Positions 58,685-64,000 of a stretch of 64,000 nucleotides of DNA are shown one piece after another. The notes under the pieces were generated by a model. The model ran no database searches. It had not been told where the DNA came from and saw only the letters and a list, made by a program, of their open reading frames with translations. Positions within the stretch are counted from its first letter, which is position 1. Each line of letters starts with the position of its first letter. The stretch covers positions 18,711 through 82,710 of the forward strand of contig NZ_DLHQ01000050.1 of assembly GCF_002483305.1 (NCBI RefSeq), given 5' to 3'. This DNA is from Brevundimonas sp. UBA7664. GTDB taxonomy: Bacteria; Pseudomonadota; Alphaproteobacteria; Caulobacterales; Caulobacteraceae. The position numbers and the translations under genes are program-made.

Positions 58685-59961
58685 TGCGGACTCCCTGACC
58701 GTCCAAACCGGTAGACCATGCGCACCTCAGCGCCGAAGCTGTTGTGATCGTGCAGCAGGCTGGCGCCGTCGTACCAGCGCGCGGAGTGGCTGGCGGCGGC
58801 CTCCAGGAACATACCGTGGCGATCGAGCGGCACGCCGACCACTGCCCGCACATAGGCCCGTATCTCGGTTGCACCGCCCCCCAGGGCGCCCTCGCGAAAG
58901 TCGATATATCTCAGCATGGCGGAACCGCCGATGTAGGCGCCATTGTCGGAGATGGGCGTTTGCGTGGCCGCGAACACCCGGCCGCCGAAGTAGCCCAGAT
59001 CCGTCTGTTCGGCCTCCTTCGCCTCCACCGCGATGCCCGCGGTCCAGGCGCGATCGGCTCCCGATATGTCGCGATAGCTGAGCATGACGTCGTAGCGCAT
59101 GCCGTCCCGGAGCGAGGCTGCGGCCGGCCCCAGATAGTCCTGATCGACCGCCTCGAGCCTGACGGTCCAGCGCCCGGTCGGGCTCGCGGTGTCGCCGAGT
59201 TCCGCCTGGAGCCCAAATTCGGTGACCAGTCCGTCGCCGGCCAGCCGCGCATGTCGCGCCATCAGGCCGGTCGCCAGGCGCTGATCCTCCCCCCTGAGGC
59301 GGAAGTCGTAGCCGAGCCGCGCTGAGCCGGTCAGGTAGTCCGCGTCGGGCCCGGAGATGTCCGTCCGGGTCTCGAAGGCGGCGCCGGCGTAGCCCTGGCC
59401 CGACAGACGGGATGCGAAACGCGCGTCCAGCGCGCCCGACGCCGTGATCGCCAGCCCTTCCTCGGAGGGCGCGGGGAAGCCCGGGATCTCGATCTGGGTC
59501 GTCAACGCCCCGAGCGCGTCGGTCTCGTATCCCAGGCCGAGCGTCAGGACGCCCGTGACGCCGTCGCCGCGTGTGGCGAACGGAGTCAGGGGAGCCGGAG
59601 CGCAGGCCTCGCGCGCCTCCGCCCAGCCGGTCGCGGTCGCATTGCGCACGTTCGCCAGCTGATAGGCGCCCCGGCGGTAGTCAGCGAGACGGCACAGGAC
59701 CGTCCCGTAGTAGAGCCGCACCTCGTCCGAACCGGCGTCGGGCCGCAGCAGGAGCGAACGCTCAAGCGTCGCGGCGGCTCCGGTCAGGTTCCCGGCCCCG
59801 ACCTGCCGGCGCGCCGCCGCCAAAGTTCCGGCGTCGCTTTCCGTCGCGTCGATGAGGGCGTCGACTTCTGCCTCGCCGGCTTCCTGGGCGGCGGCGGCGC
59901 CGCAGCCCAAGGCCGCCATGCCCGCGACGATGCCGACCAGACGCCAACGGACGTGTTTCAC
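58681..59961 (-). CDS. Outer-membrane protein: N-terminal TPR-like helices + beta-barrel (DUF560/Slam-like)
   Basis: Signal peptide; GAAATLERSLLLRP...VRLYYGTVLCRL TPR-like segment; alternating strands (LTLGLGYE, ARLGYDF, YDVMLSY) ending VRMVYRF. GTG 59961 fits the RBS. Confidence 0.65.
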   Translation of the reverse strand: MKHVRWRLVGIVAGMAALGCGAAAAQEAGEAEVDALIDATESDAGTLAAARRQVGAGNLTGAAATLERSLLLRPDAGSDEVRLYYGTVLCRLADYRRGAYQLANVRNATATGWAEAREACAPAPLTPFATRGDGVTGVLTLGLGYETDALGALTTQIEIPGFPAPSEEGLAITASGALDARFASRLSGQGYAGAAFETRTDISGPDADYLTGSARLGYDFRLRGEDQRLATGLMARHARLAGDGLVTEFGLQAELGDTASPTGRWTVRLEAVDQDYLGPAAASLRDGMRYDVMLSYRDISGADRAWTAGIAVEAKEAEQTDLGYFGGRVFAATQTPISDNGAYIGGSAMLRYIDFREGALGGGATEIRAYVRAVVGVPLDRHGMFLEAAASHSARWYDGASLLHDHNSFGAEVRMVYRFGRSGSPQ

Positions 59962-60072
59962 GACCAAGCCCCCTCAGGATCCTGATCGCAATCTATGTCA
60001 GTCGCTGGCGGCGTCCAGTGGTTTCGTAACATCGTTCGGTTAACCGGAATGCCCGGAAGCCATGGGCACAAT

Positions 60073-60413
60073 TTCGGCGGAACCCTCAAACGCCTCGGAT
60101 GGCTCTCGCAATCCCGCAAAAATCAGTGACATCAAGCGGCGGTGGCGGCGCTGTGAGGCAAATGCTGAAAGGTCTCCGGCAAATTCGGCGCAAGCCGCTG
60201 TCGGGGATGATCAAATCCCACCCCTTAGTCCGAAGATTTCTCACCACCCACGCGGCGATCTACAACACCTTCAACATCCAACGTCACCTGATCAGCAGAC
60301 CCCCTCTTCGCCGTTTCCGCGCCGAAGCTGCCGCGGCCTGGGCGAAGGCCGTTGCCTGATTTCAGACGGGGTAGGGCGGCGTTCGACTCGGCGGAGTTAA
60401 CCTGTCAGCAGCC
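60073..60413 (+). mobile_element. IS6-family transposase remnant with right end
   Basis: RRFLTTHAAIYNTFNIQRHLISRPPLRRFRAEAAAAW matches IS6 transposase C-termini. The upstream part is frameshifted or degenerate. It is followed by GTTAACCTGTCAGCAGCC, an IR-like end. Confidence 0.75.
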
Positions 60414-60683
60414 CCTGCGAGGCCTGGCCGACGATGCCTGGACTGCGGCGACCCATGCCGCCTGACGCGGGAAGGGGAGGGGCATTCTGCAGCCGTCCGG
60501 ACGTATGTGGTCAGTACCGGTTTCGATTTGGCCACACTACCCGGCTGGCCGGTCAGTGTTGCCGCCAGCCCAAGTTACGGCTGACAGGGCCTGACAGCGC
60601 CACACCGCGGGTTGTTCAAACGATCCGATTCACCTCTATTCATCCTCAGTCTGGCGATCCAGTAACCTCCTGTCGGTGGACGT

Positions 60684-61667
60684 ATGCGTGACATCCTTCG
60701 TTTCTCGAGTTCGGCGATCCCGCCCGCTCGTCGATTTGAGGCCTATCGTGAACTACATACCCACCGTTCAGAAATCCTGCCGGGGCGTGAAGCGTTTAAG
60801 GCCGAGGTCGTCGCCTGGCGTCTGGGCGACATGCTGGTGTTCGACCGTCGTCTGTCAGGGGTCGTGCATTCAAGGCAGGAACGCGTCAACGGCGATGGCG
60901 TGGATCGTTTCGTGGCGACGCTGGTGCGGTCCGGGCGACTGAGCGGACAGGCGAGGACTGGTTTCGAAGTCGAGCCAGGGCAGATCATCATGCTCGACAC
61001 CCGTCGCGCGGTCATCATCGAGCATCACGCTGCGCATATCGTCACCGTCAGTGTGGCCCGCGGCGTGATCGAGGCTGCCTTCGATCGGACGGACGGTTTG
61101 CATGGCCAGATTCTGACCGCCCCTGCGAACGGCTTCCTGGCTGATTTCATGGTCATGCTGGCCGAGCGAACCGCCGACATGGCCCCTCTGAAGGTCGCTC
61201 CGGTGAGCCGCGCCTTTCTGGATATCCTGTCGACGGCGGGTAGCGTCACAGCGTCGCAGGGGCTGGAACTGAGGCGGCTGGAGCTGGCTCGCCGACGGGC
61301 TGTTGACCGCTATATCGATGACAACCTGTCGGACCGGAAACTGTCGGTCGGAATGATCAGCCGGGCCACCGGCGTGTCGCGCTCGGCACTGTATCGAATG
61401 TTCGCCGAGCAGGGGGGAGTTGGCCGCCATGTGAAGGCGCAGCGGCTGGCCGCAGTCAGGAAGGCGCTGGATAATGGCGGCACAGAGCCTCTGGCGGCTC
61501 TCGCCCATACCCTCGGTTTTGCCAGCGACAGTCAGATGAGTCGTCAGTTCAGCCTCGCCTATGACACGACGCCCGGCGCCTATCGCCGGGCCTGGGCAGA
61601 GCGCGGGGCCGATGACCCTACCCAAGGCCGCGATCAACGGGCGGCCTGGATGAGGGAATTGAACTGA
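60684..61667 (+). CDS. AraC family transcriptional regulator
   Basis: RRFEAYRE N-terminal ligand-binding domain; LSVGMISRATGVSRSALYRMF...LGFASDSQMSRQFSLAYDTTPGAYR. Confidence 0.9.
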   Translation: MRDILRFSSSAIPPARRFEAYRELHTHRSEILPGREAFKAEVVAWRLGDMLVFDRRLSGVVHSRQERVNGDGVDRFVATLVRSGRLSGQARTGFEVEPGQIIMLDTRRAVIIEHHAAHIVTVSVARGVIEAAFDRTDGLHGQILTAPANGFLADFMVMLAERTADMAPLKVAPVSRAFLDILSTAGSVTASQGLELRRLELARRRAVDRYIDDNLSDRKLSVGMISRATGVSRSALYRMFAEQGGVGRHVKAQRLAAVRKALDNGGTEPLAALAHTLGFASDSQMSRQFSLAYDTTPGAYRRAWAERGADDPTQGRDQRAAWMRELN

Positions 61668-61752
61668 GATCATCTTGTTCAAATGTCCCGAAGCCGGAAC
61701 GCACAGACATTTCACCGGTATTTCGGCGATGTTAGAAATCCGTGTTTTCTGG

Positions 61753-61821
61753 TGCACTCGAACGCGAAGCATCGTTCGAATGCAGGGTTGAGCGAGCAAA
61801 CAGTCGTCTTCGCGACTGTTT
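61753..61821. promoter_or_regulatory. Two tandem hairpins in the long leader of the secreted protein
   Basis: TGCACTCGAACG/CGTTCGAATGCA (11/12 bp, 61753-61784) and AAACAGTCG/CGACTGTTT (9 bp, 61798-61821). Confidence 0.5.
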
Positions 61822-62133
61822 CTGGCGGTGCATCTCGGGGGTTGGTTCATGTCGATGCGATTTTGGGAGCCTGGCGGCGGGTCATTGCCGCGAGCGCACG
61901 TCGCAACGAAACGCCGGCCTAGAACCGACCGTCACCCGTACTTCTATTGCGGGACGCAGAGCGGCGCTTTCAGCTGCATCCTCGCGCCCGCGGCAGCGGT
62001 GGGGCTGCACGCACAGGCACTCGACTAACGGCCCTGCAGATAACGGCGTGTTCGGACAACCGGCGCCGTCCGTATTTCAACGACTCCAACAGCGCCGTCA
62101 GAACGCTGTGACGCACAAACAATGGGGACTTTC

Positions 62134-64000
62134 ATGATCATCGGTACACGCGGGCTTTCCAGACTTCAGCTGCACGGTGCGCGCGCGCCGCGTTCGCGTT
62201 CGATGCTGGCGGGGCTGCTGACGGGTACGGCGCTGGGCTGTTCGTTGATGGTCGCAATGGCGACGCCCGCACTGGCCGATAACGAATGCGGTCCGGCAGG
62301 AGCCACGGTGGTGTGTCCCGCCAACACCTACAACACCGGTATCCGCTATGCGAACCTGGCCGAGGCGCTGGCGTTGAACGTCCCCGTGGGCGCGTTCGTC
62401 AACACGACGGCGAACTACACTGCAGGTATCGAGGTCCAGGGCGGCAACTTCGACGTCTCCATCTTTCAGCGCGGGCCGATCCGCACATCAGGCCTGGACG
62501 CCCCGGGCATCTACGTTGAGACCAATGCGGGGAACGTAACGATCGACGCGGATGACGTCGCGACCACAGGCGATTACTCGACGACGTCCAACTTCGGTGC
62601 CGAAGGCATCTTTGTTTACAGCAACACCGGCGATGTATCCGTCACGGCCCGCAATGTCAGCGTCGACGGGTTCGCCACCAGCGCGCTCGCGGTGGTGGTC
62701 AACAATGCGGATATTGTCTTTGACATCGACGCCATAACTTCCACGTCTACAAACTCGGCCACCGTCTTTGCGCAGACCCAGGGTTCGGGCGACGTCACCA
62801 TCACAAGCGGATCGATCGACAGCCGTAACCAGGGGATCGCTGTCTTCGGCGCGGGCGCCGGCACGGTGATCGTCACCAGCGACTCGATCAGTATCGCCAA
62901 CAGTGATGCCCAAGGCCACTTCGGCATCATCATGGGCGTCAACGCCAAGGACGTGATCGTCGATAGCGGCTCCATCAGCACGACGGGCCTTGCGGCGCGC
63001 GGGATAGGCATCACCGCAGCCAGCGTCGACATCACCAGCGACAGTATCGTCACCACCGGCGGGCCGACGACGACCCGTGCCTCGGACGGCATTGCGGTGA
63101 TCGCATTGACGGGCGACGTCACCATCGACAGCGGCACAATCAGCACCAGTGGCCTGGCAGCGCGGGGCGTGGGCGCGACCGCCAATCTGGGCTCTGTCGA
63201 TATCACCAGCGGTTCGATCACCACGGCAGGCAACGGCGCCCTCGGGATCCAGGCTTTCGGGTCAACCGGGGTAACCATCGACAGCGGATCCATCTCGACC
63301 TCGGGTACGACGAACACGGGTGGCGGTATGACTCGCCAGGCCGATGCGATCTGGGTCACGGGTGGCGCAGGTGCGAACTTCTCCATCACCAGCGACAGCA
63401 TCACCACGACGGGGGTGGATGCGCGGGGTATCGTGGTCGATGACGACGGCGTGGTTGGCTATGGCGTCAGCAACGCGGCGGCCGGAACGGGCGCTCTGGT
63501 CATCGACAGTGGCGGGATCACCACCGGGGGCTTCGGGGCGCGTGGTATGGCGATCAGCCATGCGGGGGCGGTGGATATCGTCTCCGGCACGATCGCCACC
63601 GAGGGCGACAGCGCCAGCGGCATCACCCTGTTCGCCTCGGCGGACACGGTCATCAACAGCGGGACGATCACCACCGAAGGCCAGGATGCGTTCGGCATCG
63701 AGGTGCGGGGCGCGACCGGCGACGTGACCATCACGTCGGACAGCGTGACCACGCTGGGCGACTATTCGAACGGCCTGCTGGTCTTCGCCGACGATGGCGC
63801 GGTCTCGATCACCAGCGGGTCGGTTTCGACGTCGGGCGACGGCGCCACCGGCATTTCGGTGGTCACCAACAGCGGCGCAGTGACGATCGATTCCGGCTTC
63901 GTCTCGACGTCCGGCGACTACGTCTATGATGAGCGCGGCGCGGGCGAGGATCGCTTTGCCGAAGGCATCTCGGTCTTCACCGACACGGGCGCCATCTCGA
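62134..64000 (+). CDS. Large secreted repeat-rich protein (autotransporter/adhesin-like beta-helical passenger), 3' end runs off the window
   Basis: Manual translation is open from ATG 62134 to the window end. Extended signal peptide (...LLTGTALGCSLMVAMATPALA), CGPAGATVVC, then many about 22-25 aa repeats VTI(D/T)SG(S/T)I(S/T)TxGxxAxGIxV. Confidence 0.85.
   Translation, partial: MIIGTRGLSRLQLHGARAPRSRSMLAGLLTGTALGCSLMVAMATPALADNECGPAGATVVCPANTYNTGIRYANLAEALALNVPVGAFVNTTANYTAGIEVQGGNFDVSIFQRGPIRTSGLDAPGIYVETNAGNVTIDADDVATTGDYSTTSNFGAEGIFVYSNTGDVSVTARNVSVDGFATSALAVVVNNADIVFDIDAITSTSTNSATVFAQTQGSGDVTITSGSIDSRNQGIAVFGAGAGTVIVTSDSISIANSDAQGHFGIIMGVNAKDVIVDSGSISTTGLAARGIGITAASVDITSDSIVTTGGPTTTRASDGIAVIALTGDVTIDSGTISTSGLAARGVGATANLGSVDITSGSITTAGNGALGIQAFGSTGVTIDSGSISTSGTTNTGGGMTRQADAIWVTGGAGANFSITSDSITTTGVDARGIVVDDDGVVGYGVSNAAAGTGALVIDSGGITTGGFGARGMAISHAGAVDIVSGTIATEGDSASGITLFASADTVINSGTITTEGQDAFGIEVRGATGDVTITSDSVTTLGDYSNGLLVFADDGAVSITSGSVSTSGDGATGISVVTNSGAVTIDSGFVSTSGDYVYDERGAGEDRFAEGISVFTDTGAIS

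Noticed and set aside
61930-61975. c-di-GMP-I riboswitch suggested by GGGACGCAGAGC
   Set aside because: The upstream GCAAA/GNRA stem architecture required for the aptamer is not present.

Overview
High-GC alphaproteobacterial chromosome segment, most consistent with Caulobacteraceae such as Brevundimonas (inferred from the ShpA-like Hpt protein, FixK boxes and a SigT-type promoter). Bases 1-44.8 kb are mostly core or metabolic genes: two universal stress proteins and a cytochrome c with two perfect FixK/FNR boxes, tRNA-Lys(CTT), APC permease, shpA, fpr, S9 peptidase, amidase, cysD-cysNC, an aminobenzoyl/salicylyl-CoA degradation operon, LysR-small ORF-phaC, a DNA-damage exonuclease/ligase pair, a GH13 glucosidase, a compact his operon headed by a TrpR-like regulator, and a 2-oxoacid:ferredoxin oxidoreductase cluster. 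The his operon carries a HisC-like domain that has lost its PLP lysine, fused to HisB. From about 45 kb the window looks accessory. The most striking locus (53.9-64 kb) combines a CHASE2 class III nucleotide cyclase, a signal-peptide FecR-domain protein and a TPR/outer-membrane barrel protein with a divergent CpdA-like phosphodiesterase and a Pycsar-type (DUF5706/PycTM-like) membrane effector. An AraC regulator and a large beta-helical secreted protein follow. Two similar 35-bp direct repeats resembling IS6 ends bracket 46.1-60.4 kb. A 49-aa, 8-Cys metallothionein-like gene missing from the ORF track lies at 49570-49719. No CRISPR array or rRNA was seen. All family assignments come from motif recognition by eye, not from database searches.
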